A DNA stretch of 64,000 nucleotides, taken from an uncultured bacterium (GTDB lineage Bacteria > Cyanobacteriota > Vampirovibrionia > Gastranaerophilales > Gastranaerophilaceae). The notes beneath the pieces were generated by a model. That model saw only the letters and a program-made list of their open reading frames with translations, was not told where the DNA came from and did no database searches. Where the stretch lies: the NCBI GenBank assembly GCA_949035555.1, contig CAROLD010000009.1:2993-66992 (forward strand), in the 5' to 3' direction. Position 1 is the first letter of the stretch; each line of letters opens with the position of its first letter. Shown in pieces: positions 54,585 to 64,000 of this stretch. Position numbers and translations under genes: made by a program.

Positions 54585-56855
54585 ATGAAAAGATATTTAA
54601 TAGCAGCAGTTTTAATATTAGCATTTTCAAATTCTTCTTATGCGGATGAATTATCAGAATCTCCTGTTTCTAATGTTCAGGATGTAATATTTCGTTCGTC
54701 ATTAACGAATGTAATCCCTGATGTTAACGAGTCTTATTCCGGTTATAGCGACTATGCTTTTGATGCACAGGCAGGCGGTATGGGGCTTTCCACAAAAGAG
54801 GTTGATCCGGATAATATGCCGTTTGTAAAACAAATGCGTATAAAACTTACAAATAAAATTGTTGAATCTAATCAAAAACGTGAAAATGAGCCTAAAGTTC
54901 CTCTTCTTACAAAGATAAAATCTATAGGCAAGAAAAAAACTGCTCCGGTAGAAACAAAAGTTTCTGAAATTGAAAGCGAGAACGCATTAACAAATACTCT
55001 TCAATCTGAAACTACAATGGAACTTCCTGAAGAAACTCTATCATTAGAAGGTGGAGTTAATGAGCAAATTACAGAAAAACAGTTGATGCTTGATGCCGAA
55101 AATGTCAATTTTGACGAGGATAGCGGTGATATGATTGCAACAGGGCGTCCTGTATTGGTTCTTCCGACTCAGAATGTTAAAATTATTGCAGATAAAATGA
55201 CCTATAACGAAGATTCAAATATCTTGAAAGGTATTGGTAACGTAATAGTTTTTAAAGATGGAATGCCGACTCGCGGTAGTTATTTGGAAGTTGATATGAA
55301 CGAAGAAACAATGGTTATGGATGATATTGAATCCCGTTCTGCAACTTCAATTATGGATGCTAAAAAAGCCGTTCAAAAAGATGGTCTTATTATATTACAC
55401 GATGGTAATTTGCACTCTGAACAATCTGAAATTTACCGTCTTGCATCAAGAATGGTTGGTCCAAGATTTCATAACATGATGGTTGATGAAAGTGCAAAAG
55501 CTTTGTTTTTTGGCGATCCGACCGGTAATAATCTTAGAATTGATATTGGGGAGCTTTATATCGATGCAAGAAAAAACCATGATGTTATCAAAGCTAAAGA
55601 TATTAAATTTTATAGAAAAGATAAATATTTATTCCATTGGCCGAGTTTGACTGCTTACACAAATAAAGAAAGAGATTATTTCGAAGCAAATTATCCGGAA
55701 TTCGGTACAAGACGAAAAGTGGGTATGTTCATTGGTCCTGGCTTTGTATTTGGCGGACCCGGCGGTTCTGTAATTAAAGCTATTCCTTTTCTGAATTATA
55801 ACCATAAATTCGGCTTCGGTGGTGCGTTGAAGTATATGAATACATATAACCGAACAGAACTCGGGTATGCATCTGCGAATGAAATATTTTTCTTAAAAGG
55901 TTTGCAAAGATTAGATGACCATTTGTATTTACAATACGCTTCAAATTCATTTATGGATGAATGGTTCTTGGGTCGCAGAATGCCTAAATATATGGCAGAA
56001 GTTTATTATGACAGACGTTATGTAAATAAAGATTTTTTAGCTGAAGGTATGAACTTATCTTTCCGTCACAGAGTAGGATTTGGTATTATGGAAGATAATG
56101 ACAGAAACTTTTATGGCGAAAAAATCAGTTCTACAGGTATTGCCACTACAAGAATGAGATATATGGCTGAATTGAATCAGCATCTTTACGGCTATAGAAA
56201 TGAAGAAAAAAGAATTGAATTTGATGCAAGTTTTGCGATGCAGGGTTCAGCGGCAGTATATGGTACCGGCGATACTCAGTTCATTGGAAGGGTCGGTCCG
56301 AGAATTCACATGCAGTATAAAAACTGGATGCAAGATATTGGCTACTTCCTGTCAGGCTATTCTGATGAATCTCCAATTCCGCGATATGATAAATACAGAT
56401 ATGGACATCAAAGTGTTTACATATCAGAAGCATTCCGTATTAACAAGTACTTATCTGTGGGTTGGGCAGGAAATATTAACCTTTCAAATGATTCTCCGAA
56501 CGGTAAAATGTTCCAAGAAAATGCGTTTATTTTCTCAATCGGTCCTGACGATTTGAAGATAACTCTCGGATATGACTTTGTTCGCCAAACAACATATTTT
56601 GGATTTAATGTTGCGTTCGATTCAAAAGGTACAAACGTAAATTACAAGAAAATGGAAATTAAAAATCCTGAAAGACTTGGTAAACATCCAAAAAAAGAAG
56701 ATGATAGAAAACTTGCTTTTGCACCTGCGAAAAAACAAGCAGAAGTTCCTGTATCCAACAAAAAATCCAAAGCCGCAGTTGAATCAAAACCTAAAATTTT
56801 AGAATATGCAGAAGTGATAAACATAGAAGATCCGGATAAGGAAACAATTCAATAA
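54585..56855 (+). CDS. LptD/OstA-like outer-membrane protein (N-terminal OstA jellyroll plus a putative beta-barrel)
   Basis: After the signal peptide come OstA-like LMLDAENVNFDEDSGDMIATGRPVLVLPTQNVKIIADKMTYNEDSNILKGIGNVIVF. About 450 aa of alternating aromatic/Gly beta-strand text follows, then a Lys-rich tail. Confidence 0.55.
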   Translation: MKRYLIAAVLILAFSNSSYADELSESPVSNVQDVIFRSSLTNVIPDVNESYSGYSDYAFDAQAGGMGLSTKEVDPDNMPFVKQMRIKLTNKIVESNQKRENEPKVPLLTKIKSIGKKKTAPVETKVSEIESENALTNTLQSETTMELPEETLSLEGGVNEQITEKQLMLDAENVNFDEDSGDMIATGRPVLVLPTQNVKIIADKMTYNEDSNILKGIGNVIVFKDGMPTRGSYLEVDMNEETMVMDDIESRSATSIMDAKKAVQKDGLIILHDGNLHSEQSEIYRLASRMVGPRFHNMMVDESAKALFFGDPTGNNLRIDIGELYIDARKNHDVIKAKDIKFYRKDKYLFHWPSLTAYTNKERDYFEANYPEFGTRRKVGMFIGPGFVFGGPGGSVIKAIPFLNYNHKFGFGGALKYMNTYNRTELGYASANEIFFLKGLQRLDDHLYLQYASNSFMDEWFLGRRMPKYMAEVYYDRRYVNKDFLAEGMNLSFRHRVGFGIMEDNDRNFYGEKISSTGIATTRMRYMAELNQHLYGYRNEEKRIEFDASFAMQGSAAVYGTGDTQFIGRVGPRIHMQYKNWMQDIGYFLSGYSDESPIPRYDKYRYGHQSVYISEAFRINKYLSVGWAGNINLSNDSPNGKMFQENAFIFSIGPDDLKITLGYDFVRQTTYFGFNVAFDSKGTNVNYKKMEIKNPERLGKHPKKEDDRKLAFAPAKKQAEVPVSNKKSKAAVESKPKILEYAEVINIEDPDKETIQ

Positions 56856-56856
56856 A

Positions 56857-57480
56857 ATGCTGAAAAAACTTAAGAAAGAATTAATTGAATACGGGAAATT
56901 AGCAGGGGTAAAAAATTTTACCCCGGGATTTTCAGGCAACATTTCGGCAAGATTTGGTGATAAAATAATTATAACCGCAACAGGAACAGCCAACGGCTAT
57001 CTTGATGAAGATGATTTTGCGGTTATAGATTTTTCAGGTCAGGCTGTTGAAGGTTGTAAAAAACCTTCAAGCGAAAAAATGCTTCATGTTGAGTTTTACA
57101 AACAAAGACCTGACATAAATTATATTTTCCATGTACATTCACCTTATTTGACAGCATTCGCAGCCTCAGGTGTTGAGATGGACAAAGATATTTTAGCAGA
57201 AATCGTCTATTGTTTTGGTAAAATACCTCTCGCTGAATATGCTCTTCCGGGATCTAGTGATCTGGTTCAAAATACATCAAAATACTTTAAAGATTATGAC
57301 GTTATTTTAATGGCAAATCACGGTGTAATTGTTGGTGGAAACGATATTAAAGATACATATTTGAAGCTTGAACTATGTGAAGCTTATGCTCAGACTGTCA
57401 TCTGTTCAAATCTTCTTGGTGGTGCTAAAATATTATCAGAAGACGATGTGAAAAAGATTTATTCATTAAGACAAAAGTAA
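56857..57480 (+). CDS. Class II aldolase/adducin-family protein
   Basis: GNISAR, the metal-ligand region FHVHSPYLTAFA and ANHGVIVGG are present. Confidence 0.75.
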   Translation: MLKKLKKELIEYGKLAGVKNFTPGFSGNISARFGDKIIITATGTANGYLDEDDFAVIDFSGQAVEGCKKPSSEKMLHVEFYKQRPDINYIFHVHSPYLTAFAASGVEMDKDILAEIVYCFGKIPLAEYALPGSSDLVQNTSKYFKDYDVILMANHGVIVGGNDIKDTYLKLELCEAYAQTVICSNLLGGAKILSEDDVKKIYSLRQK

Positions 57481-57494
57481 AAGAGGAAATTATT

Positions 57495-58310
57495 GTGACT
57501 ATAACATTAGAAAATAAACAATGCTTGATTGCAGGAGACGGAATACTACCTGTTAAAATGGCTCAGTATGCAAAAGAAAACGGTTTTGAAGTTATCTGTA
57601 TTTCTCTAGCGAAAGATAATGTAAGAGATTTGAAAAAATATTGTTCAAAAGTTCATTCATGTCACCCGGGTGAAGTTAACAGAATTGAAGCTATTTTGAA
57701 AGAAGAAGAAATAAAACAGCTTACTTTTCTGGGTAAAGTTCATAAAAAGGTTCTTTTACAGCCTCATAAATTTGATCAAAGAGCACTTGATTTAATAAAA
57801 GAAGCGGTAAGATTAAATGATGACCAGGTTATGTTGATGATAGTTGAAGAACTTGCAAAAATTGGTGTAGAAGTTCTGGATCAGACTATATTTATTAAGA
57901 ATTTGATGATACCCGCAGGTGTTCTTGGTAAACACAAGCCAACCCCCGAACAGATGGAAGATGTAAATTATGGTTTCTGGCTTGCAAAGGAAATGGGTAA
58001 GTTAGATGTTGGGCAGTCTGTTGTAATTAAAGATAAAATGATTATGGCAGTCGAAGCTATTGAAGGAACTGATGTTTGTATCAAACGCGGAGCAAAACTT
58101 GCAAAAGAAGGTGCCGTTGTAGTAAAAGTAGCAAAACCTAAACAGGATAAAAGATTTGATATTCCTGCAATAGGTATGAAAACATTAAGAACAATGAGCC
58201 ACAAACATGCTAGTCTTATTGCAGTTGAGGCTAATGAAACAATTATTGTTGATCAGGAAAAAGTTATTGAATATGCAGACAGTCACAATATAGTAATAAT
58301 GGCAGTATAA
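57495..58310 (+). CDS. lpxI: UDP-2,3-diacylglucosamine diphosphatase LpxI (DUF1009)
   Basis: LIAGDGILPVKMAQYAKENG and GQSVVIKDKMIMAVEAIEGTDVCIKRG match the LpxI pattern. It has a GTG start with AGAGGA upstream and lies next to lpxB. Confidence 0.8.
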   Translation: MTITLENKQCLIAGDGILPVKMAQYAKENGFEVICISLAKDNVRDLKKYCSKVHSCHPGEVNRIEAILKEEEIKQLTFLGKVHKKVLLQPHKFDQRALDLIKEAVRLNDDQVMLMIVEELAKIGVEVLDQTIFIKNLMIPAGVLGKHKPTPEQMEDVNYGFWLAKEMGKLDVGQSVVIKDKMIMAVEAIEGTDVCIKRGAKLAKEGAVVVKVAKPKQDKRFDIPAIGMKTLRTMSHKHASLIAVEANETIIVDQEKVIEYADSHNIVIMAV

Positions 58311-58313
58311 GAG

Positions 58314-59438
58314 ATGAAGAAAATTTTTATCATAACGGGCGAATATTCAGGTGACATTCACGCATCAAATGTTGTAAAAGAGTTAAGAGCGTTGGAGTCT
58401 GATGTCGAGATTGAAGGTATTGGCGGAATAAACCTTGAGGCGCAAGGAGTAAAACTCTTTGCCAATCAGGAAAAAATGTCTGCAATGGGGATATCTCCGC
58501 AAATTCTGATAAATCATTACAAACTCGGAAAAGCCGTTGTAGATTATCTTAAAAACGAATATAAACCTGATTTAGTTCTTTTGATAGATTACGGAGCTTT
58601 TAATCTTTCTGTTGCTAAAGTTCTAAAAGCCTCAGGAATAAAAGTTTTTTATTATATTCCACCTCAGGTGTGGGCAAGCAGAAAATACAGAATTAATCTT
58701 ATCAAAAAATTTGTAGATAAAGTTCTTTGTATTTTCCCGTTTGAAAAACCTTTATACGCACAGTACGGAATTGATACTCACTATTGCGGTCATCCGCTTG
58801 TCGCACAATTGCCGCCTGCTGCAGGGCGAAGAGAGTTCTTTAGAAAACACGGGCTTGATTTTGAAAAACGGCTAGTGTCGGTATTTCCTGGTTCACGAGA
58901 ATTTGAATTAAAAAATCTAATGCCTGTATTCAAAGCTACAATAAAAAAATTGCAGGACAGACATCCTGATTTGCAGTTTTGTATGTCGCATGCTCCAAAT
59001 TTGTCCGATGAAATGTATGAAAAATATCTTGGTGATTGTGATGTAAAAGTTATTAAAGGTGAAAATCAGGCGCTTTTAAGTGTGTCTGATGCTTTAATTC
59101 TAGCCTCCGGAACGGTTGCGCTGGAAGCTTGTTTATACAAAACTCCTATGATAATTGCATATCGCGGACCAAAAATTTTATACTGGCTGTATTTGCTTGT
59201 GAGATGTATTGATAAAGTTTGTCTCCCAAATATTATTGCAGATAAATACATTGTTCCTGAGATTTTACAGGATAAAGTTACTCCACTTAATATTACATAC
59301 GAAATTGAAGAGCTTCTTTACAAAACAGAAAAACGAGAAGAAACAATTAAAGAACTCGGAAAAGTTAAAGAAATGCTTTCAGATAAAAATTCCGCTCTGG
59401 AAGTTGCAAAAGTTATTGATACAGAACTGTTTACTTAA
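58314..59438 (+). CDS. lpxB: Lipid-A-disaccharide synthase
   Basis: It has IITGEYSGDIHASNVVKEL, IDYGAFNL, YYIPPQVWASR and ASGTVALEA. Confidence 0.9.
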   Translation: MKKIFIITGEYSGDIHASNVVKELRALESDVEIEGIGGINLEAQGVKLFANQEKMSAMGISPQILINHYKLGKAVVDYLKNEYKPDLVLLIDYGAFNLSVAKVLKASGIKVFYYIPPQVWASRKYRINLIKKFVDKVLCIFPFEKPLYAQYGIDTHYCGHPLVAQLPPAAGRREFFRKHGLDFEKRLVSVFPGSREFELKNLMPVFKATIKKLQDRHPDLQFCMSHAPNLSDEMYEKYLGDCDVKVIKGENQALLSVSDALILASGTVALEACLYKTPMIIAYRGPKILYWLYLLVRCIDKVCLPNIIADKYIVPEILQDKVTPLNITYEIEELLYKTEKREETIKELGKVKEMLSDKNSALEVAKVIDTELFT

Positions 59439-59504
59439 CAAAACTTATAAAATAAGCAAATTTTAATACTCCAGCTGTTTAATAATATTGTAGGCAGTGA
59501 TTTT

Positions 59505-61202
59505 ATGATAAACTCAATTTCCAATATTGAACAACAAAATATAAATAAGTTTGGTGTTGTTACTCAAAGAAAACAAACATCAGATGCATATTGGCTAGGT
59601 TCACAGCCTGCAAATATTCCTGCCGATATTAGAAGAGATAATGAAGTCAGAGCGCATATTGGAAAATTTGAAATCATTACACCGGAAGAAGCCAGAAAAC
59701 GTAATAATGCAACTCTTTTAGGTTTATCCATTGCCGGTGCCGTTCTTCTAACTGCCGGCGGGATATTTTTTGTTCTCAAAGGCGGTCCGAAAGGTCTTAC
59801 TAAGAATTTTCAAAAATGGAGAAATAACCTTGAAGAACGTATTCAAAAAGCAAAACTTAATAATATGACGGATACCCCTCTAAATAGAGCCTACATATTT
59901 TTAGTCCGTAAACTGGATAAAACGATTAAGAAAACTTCGGCAATAAACAATTTTACAACTTTTAAAGATACATTGTTTAAGAAAATGATGTATGTCACAG
60001 GTTTTACAGCAAAAGCTCATAAAGGAATAACTCGTCTGTTTGAGAAAATCGGACGTCAGGCAGTTATAAATTCCTATAAAAAAGCAGAGTATTATATGGA
60101 TTTTGCTCGCGATACTGCCGCAGGAGTCAGTATGAAAGCATTCTCCAGAAATATTGCGGAGAAGGTAGAAATAAACGGTGTTCAAAAGAGCCGTCTGCAA
60201 TGGCTTGAACATGCTCTGCATCTTGATGATGAATTAGGGCAGATTTATAAATCTCATTTTGGATCACCGGGCAGGGGAAATCGCTATTGCAGATTTAAGA
60301 AATCCGCAAAAGAATTAGAAATGAACTTCCAAAAATTGAGAATCTTCTGGTCAAAGGATCTGGTTAATTCATTTATGGCAGAAGGTGCCATTGCAAAAGA
60401 AAAACTTGCTATTCAAAAACAGGTTCAGGGATATAGAAGAAGTTTTTCATATTCAAATAAGGATTTTGAACGCGATTTGGAAAAATCTATTATTGATATG
60501 ACGCGTTCAATTGAGCATACTGATATTCAAAAAATTAATATGCTTAGAAATCTGCGCCATAATATTCATGATTATATTAAAACAGGTTCAAATAATCCTG
60601 AATTGAAATCCAAGATTGTCAATTCAATAAACGAATTCTCCACAGAAATCTCAAAATCTTTGCAGAATAAATCAATGAAACCAGAAACTGCGAAACCTTT
60701 ACTTGAGCATACGCAAGAATTAATGAGTTCTTTTTCAGGTTTTAAAAGCGGAAAAGTAGAAGAAATTCTTGATATTTACAGACAAATTCTTCCGCCTTCC
60801 GAATATGAAACTGTTCAAAGGGCATACAGAGAAAGTGTCAAATCACTTGATAAGGCAATAGTTACAGAAACAGAAGACTTTATCAGCAAAGTTCGAGATC
60901 TGACTCTTGGTTCTGCTCCTACAGATATTTTATCAGTTTTGGGCGGGATTGGTACACTCGGATATTATTTAGGCAAATCCGATAATAATGATGAAAGAAT
61001 TTCTATTTCTCTTAAATACGGTATTCCGGCATTAGCGGGTATTGGTGTTGCATTATACGGTAATGCGAAACTCTTTGCAGGAACAAAATCTATGATATTC
61101 GGTGCTGTTTCAACATGGATATTTAACAGAATTGGTTCTATGGCTGATAAAAAATTAAAAGAGCACAAACAGAAAGCAACCGGAAATACTGATAAAGCTT
61201 AA
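59505..61202 (+). CDS. Hypothetical large membrane protein, mostly helical and basic
   Basis: 565-aa ORF. It has one TM helix near residue 75 (LLGLSIAGAVLLTAGGIFFVL) and two or three hydrophobic Gly-rich segments at the C-terminus (ILSVLGGIGTLGYYL, IPALAGIGVALYG, MIFGAVSTWIF). No family recognised. Confidence 0.55.
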   Translation: MINSISNIEQQNINKFGVVTQRKQTSDAYWLGSQPANIPADIRRDNEVRAHIGKFEIITPEEARKRNNATLLGLSIAGAVLLTAGGIFFVLKGGPKGLTKNFQKWRNNLEERIQKAKLNNMTDTPLNRAYIFLVRKLDKTIKKTSAINNFTTFKDTLFKKMMYVTGFTAKAHKGITRLFEKIGRQAVINSYKKAEYYMDFARDTAAGVSMKAFSRNIAEKVEINGVQKSRLQWLEHALHLDDELGQIYKSHFGSPGRGNRYCRFKKSAKELEMNFQKLRIFWSKDLVNSFMAEGAIAKEKLAIQKQVQGYRRSFSYSNKDFERDLEKSIIDMTRSIEHTDIQKINMLRNLRHNIHDYIKTGSNNPELKSKIVNSINEFSTEISKSLQNKSMKPETAKPLLEHTQELMSSFSGFKSGKVEEILDIYRQILPPSEYETVQRAYRESVKSLDKAIVTETEDFISKVRDLTLGSAPTDILSVLGGIGTLGYYLGKSDNNDERISISLKYGIPALAGIGVALYGNAKLFAGTKSMIFGAVSTWIFNRIGSMADKKLKEHKQKATGNTDKA

Positions 61203-61269
61203 GAAAATCCCCTAAAAATAGTATAGAAAACTGTTTAGTTTTTGTTAAAATCGCTATGAGGGGAGAATT

Positions 61270-62289
61270 ATGACCACATTAACCATAAGAGAAAAATTAG
61301 AAAAAAGAGAATTTGATTATTTAAGTGATATAGCAACAAAATCAGCAAACGCAACACGAAAAATAAAAGAAGAAAAATCTGACCTTCGCACAGATTTCCA
61401 GCGCGATAGGGATAGAATTTTGCATTCAAAGGCTTTCAGACGATTGAAACATAAAACACAGGTGTTTTTGTCTCCGTTTGATGACCATTTCAGAACCCGT
61501 TTAACTCATACTCTTGAAGTATCACAGATTGGCAGAACAATTGCGCGGGCACTTGATTTGAACGAAGATTTAGTTGAGGCAATTTCTCTGGGGCACGATT
61601 TGGGACATACTCCTTTTGGTCATTGCGGGGAAGGTGTGTTGAACGAACTTGTTGAAGGCGGTTTTCACCACAATATCCAGAGTGTAAGAGTTGTTGAAGT
61701 TCTTGAAGATTTGAACCTCTGTAAAGAAACAATAGATGGTATTCGCACTCATACCTGGGGTTTCAAACCTATAACTCCCGAAGGAAAAGTTGTTCAGCTT
61801 GCAGATAAAATTGCATACATAAATCATGACATTGAAGATTCAATTCGTGCGGGGGTAATCTCTGAAAGTGACCTGCCTAAAGATTGTATCGAATATTTTT
61901 CTTCTAATCAGAGTAAAAGACTTAATAAAATGATTCACGAAGTTGTTAGTAATTCTATCGGAAAGTCAGAAATTGCAATGAGTGATGAGGCTTGGGAATA
62001 TACAACTAAACTCCGTGACTGGATGTTTGAAAATGTTTATATTGAGTCACCTGCAAAACTTGAAGAGAAAAAAGCCCGCAGGGTTATTAAAGAATTATTT
62101 TATCTATACGTTGATATGCTCAAACCAATGTGCCCGCCGGAAAAAATTGTCAGAATTGTAACTGATTACATATCAGGTATGACAGACAGATATGCTGTTG
62201 AAAAATACAAAGAAAACTTTATTCCTGTAGGGTTGAAGTGCGGAACTCGTGATGATTATTTATTCAAGCTTGCAAATATAATAGATTGA
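61270..62289 (+). CDS. dGTPase-like HD-domain triphosphohydrolase (short Dgt family)
   Basis: It has DFQRDRDRILHSKAFRRLKHKTQVF, RLTHTLEVSQIGRTIA, LGHDLGHTPFGH and the C-terminal DYISGMTDRYA. Confidence 0.85.
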   Translation: MTTLTIREKLEKREFDYLSDIATKSANATRKIKEEKSDLRTDFQRDRDRILHSKAFRRLKHKTQVFLSPFDDHFRTRLTHTLEVSQIGRTIARALDLNEDLVEAISLGHDLGHTPFGHCGEGVLNELVEGGFHHNIQSVRVVEVLEDLNLCKETIDGIRTHTWGFKPITPEGKVVQLADKIAYINHDIEDSIRAGVISESDLPKDCIEYFSSNQSKRLNKMIHEVVSNSIGKSEIAMSDEAWEYTTKLRDWMFENVYIESPAKLEEKKARRVIKELFYLYVDMLKPMCPPEKIVRIVTDYISGMTDRYAVEKYKENFIPVGLKCGTRDDYLFKLANIID

Positions 62290-62321
62290 TATTTCTGAAA
62301 AAAAGAGTATAATCAAAATCA

Positions 62322-63200
62322 ATGGAGATACAACTTTTAGCAGAATATCTTGAATATATTGAAGTGGAAAAAGGTTTGTCCATAAATACTGTGGAGGCTT
62401 ACCGTCGTGATTTGAGCGATTTTCTGGAGTTTTGTACTGAGAAATACGGTTATAGGGAACTGGCGGATATAAAACGTAATCACATAAATTCTTATATTCT
62501 TAAACTTAGAGAAGATGATTACACCCCGCGTTCGGTTGTGCGTAAAATAGCATCTTTGCGCGGATTTTTTAAGTGGCTTTGCGCAAACGAATTTGTAAAT
62601 TCAAATCCGGCATTAACAATTGAACAGCCAAAACTTCCAAAACGTTTGCCAAAAGTTATGACAGTGGAAGAGGTTACCAAAATTCTTAATGCGGACCTTA
62701 ATAAAACACAGGCTCTAATTGTTGAACTTTTGTACGGATGCGGACTTCGGGTGTCAGAACTTGTTAATTTGAAACTGAATAATATTGACATAAATTCGAA
62801 ATATATTCAATGTTATGGAAAAGGTTCCAAGGAAAGAATTGTGCCTTTTGGTAAAAAAGCTCAATCAGCATTGAAAAAATATCTGAAACATCGTGATTTA
62901 ATTGTTCTGAAAAATAAGCTATCGGACACAAAAATTTTATTTTTGAAAGATGACGGTAAATTTATAACCCGTCAGGATATATATAATTTTATTCGGATTC
63001 AGGGTGAAAAAATTCATAAACACATTTCGCCACATACTCTGCGGCATAGTTTTGCAACTCACTTGCTTGAGAATGGAGCAGACTTACGTGTTGTACAGGA
63101 ACTTCTTGGGCACAGTGATGTTTCTACCACACAACTTTATACACATATTACTAAAAAACGTCTTAAAGAGGTGTATTTTGCAATAAATAACCGCTCATGA
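62322..63200 (+). CDS. XerC/XerD-family tyrosine recombinase
   Basis: The N-terminal SAM-like domain is FLEYIEVEKGLSINTVEAYRRDLSDF. The catalytic text is GLRVSEL...HTLRHSFATHLLENGADLRVVQELLGHSDVSTTQLYTH. Confidence 0.85.
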   Translation: MEIQLLAEYLEYIEVEKGLSINTVEAYRRDLSDFLEFCTEKYGYRELADIKRNHINSYILKLREDDYTPRSVVRKIASLRGFFKWLCANEFVNSNPALTIEQPKLPKRLPKVMTVEEVTKILNADLNKTQALIVELLYGCGLRVSELVNLKLNNIDINSKYIQCYGKGSKERIVPFGKKAQSALKKYLKHRDLIVLKNKLSDTKILFLKDDGKFITRQDIYNFIRIQGEKIHKHISPHTLRHSFATHLLENGADLRVVQELLGHSDVSTTQLYTHITKKRLKEVYFAINNRS

Positions 63201-63212
63201 TAGAATAATGGT

Positions 63213-63932
63213 ATGCTAAACGTATTTGTATCTGGACTCACAAAACAATCTGGCAAAACAATAGTAACGGCAGGGCTTGCCGGCACTATGCAGAGCCTTA
63301 ATTATTCGACCTGTGTTTATAAACCTATTCAAACCAATGCAAATTCGCTCAACGGTTTTTTGCAGTCGCAGGATTTGGCACTGATAAAAAGAATTGATGC
63401 AAATATTTCTACAGCATCTTCTTATATTTTTACCAGTCAAAATTCACCTATTGTTGCTGCTTACGAAGCTGAAAGTAAAAAAATTGAATTAAATAAAATT
63501 TATAATGATTTTCAGACCGCAATACAATCGACTGAATGTAATATTGTCGAAGGTTCAAACAGTATTGCAACTCCAATTTCTGACAAAACTACTGAATTAG
63601 ATGTTGTGAGAACTCTTGATATACCGCTTTTATTAGTTTTAAATCCTAAAAAATCTAAAATAGAGGATGCAATCACCGGGATAAATTTTGTTATAAGTTC
63701 AGGCGTAAAACTTCTAGGTGTTATAATCAACGAATATGACGATAATTCCGGAAATATAGAAGAGAAGTACTATCCTGAAATGGTTAAAGAATTTACCGGT
63801 GTAAAACTTTTAGGGAAACTCCCATCTTATGAAAGATATGAAAACTTAACCGCAGATACGCTTATTGCGGATATTTTGCATAATATTAAAATTCAGGAAG
63901 TTTTTGGGCTTCAAATTGCAAAGCTTAATTAA
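63213..63932 (+). CDS. bioD: ATP-dependent dethiobiotin synthetase
   Basis: The P-loop-like motif is VSGLTKQSGKTIVTAGLA, followed by YKPIQT and EGSNSIATP, over 239 aa. Confidence 0.75.
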   Translation: MLNVFVSGLTKQSGKTIVTAGLAGTMQSLNYSTCVYKPIQTNANSLNGFLQSQDLALIKRIDANISTASSYIFTSQNSPIVAAYEAESKKIELNKIYNDFQTAIQSTECNIVEGSNSIATPISDKTTELDVVRTLDIPLLLVLNPKKSKIEDAITGINFVISSGVKLLGVIINEYDDNSGNIEEKYYPEMVKEFTGVKLLGKLPSYERYENLTADTLIADILHNIKIQEVFGLQIAKLN

Positions 63933-63983
63933 CAAAATACAAAGGCGGGATGAAGATTTTCTTCATCCCGCCTTTGTATTTTG
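63933..63983 (+). terminator. Intrinsic terminator after bioD (long palindrome)
   Basis: AAAGGCGGGATGAAG (63941-63955) pairs with CTTCATCCCGCCTTT (63961-63975). The stem is extended by CAAAATAC/GTATTTTG and followed by T-rich sequence. Confidence 0.75.
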
Positions 63984-64000
63984 TCTGCTAATTAGTCAAA

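Noticed and set aside
61270-62289. dGTPase-like HD protein as an anti-phage dNTP-depletion defence gene
   Set aside because: It is a short Dgt-family protein in a housekeeping context with no neighbouring defence genes. Nothing in the sequence distinguishes it from the common housekeeping paralog. It would need phylogenetic placement before any defence claim.
62322-63200. Tyrosine recombinase as a marker of an integrated mobile element
   Set aside because: The sequence has the full XerC/XerD-type N-terminal and catalytic motifs. It is flanked by housekeeping genes (dGTPase-like, bioD). No att-like repeats, tRNA or phage/plasmid genes are visible, so a chromosomal dimer-resolution role is more likely.
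1-64000. Search for CRISPR arrays, rRNA/tRNA genes, IS elements, prophage blocks and long (>30 bp) dispersed repeats
   Set aside because: Reading through the window revealed none. The intergenic regions are short and explained by promoters and terminators. A computational repeat and tRNA scan (tRNAscan-SE, Infernal, self-BLAST) would be needed to exclude small or degenerate elements.

Overview
This is a dense, AT-rich bacterial chromosomal segment (roughly one-third G+C by eye, not computed) with about 62 protein-coding genes. I recognised no rRNA, tRNA, CRISPR array, transposase or phage-type integrase. The gene content fits a flagellated diderm. Envelope genes dominate: MlaA-like, BepA-like M48 protease, SLH-domain protein, LptC/LptA-like, LptD-like, LpxI, LpxB, SecDF and an EnvC-like M23 peptidase. 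There is a flagellar switch plus FliOPQR export-gate block. Core metabolism includes a serine operon, dapA, coaBC, gmk, aroE, pdxJ, bioF-bioG-bioC and bioD. DNA-transaction genes are dprA-topA, gyrA, priA, a Xer recombinase and a dGTPase-like HD protein. Signalling genes are a CHASE2-GGDEF cyclase, a P-loop/TPR NTPase and an ECF sigma/anti-sigma/Spy-like module. Taxonomy cannot be fixed from this window. SLH domains, LPS genes, flagella, an AGXT-type aminotransferase in the serine operon and low G+C together are reminiscent of Melainabacteria-like or other AT-rich diderm lineages, but this is speculative. I see no canonical defence island or mobile element. The most unusual items are listed here. 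(1) A 706-aa MlaA domain fused to an alpha/beta-hydrolase with an ordered Ser/Asp/His set. (2) A tightly coupled operon of a 55-aa ORF, a CHASE2-GGDEF protein, a STAND-like P-loop/TPR NTPase and rsmG. (3) An orphan 426-aa glycine-zipper-like protein with a basic C-terminal tag, sitting between gyrA and a PC4-like ssDNA-binding gene plus priA. (4) A promoter-to-terminator noncoding unit saturated with AGTGT/ACACT pentamers. (5) Twin G9/G10 homopolymer tracts between serA and serB. (6) Atypical flagellar parts: a FliM-FliN fusion with an acidic tail and extended FliQ and FliO. (7) Tandem 4-Cys secreted paralogs and an oversized Cys-rich pilin. All family calls rest on motif recognition by eye and need HMM or structure confirmation.
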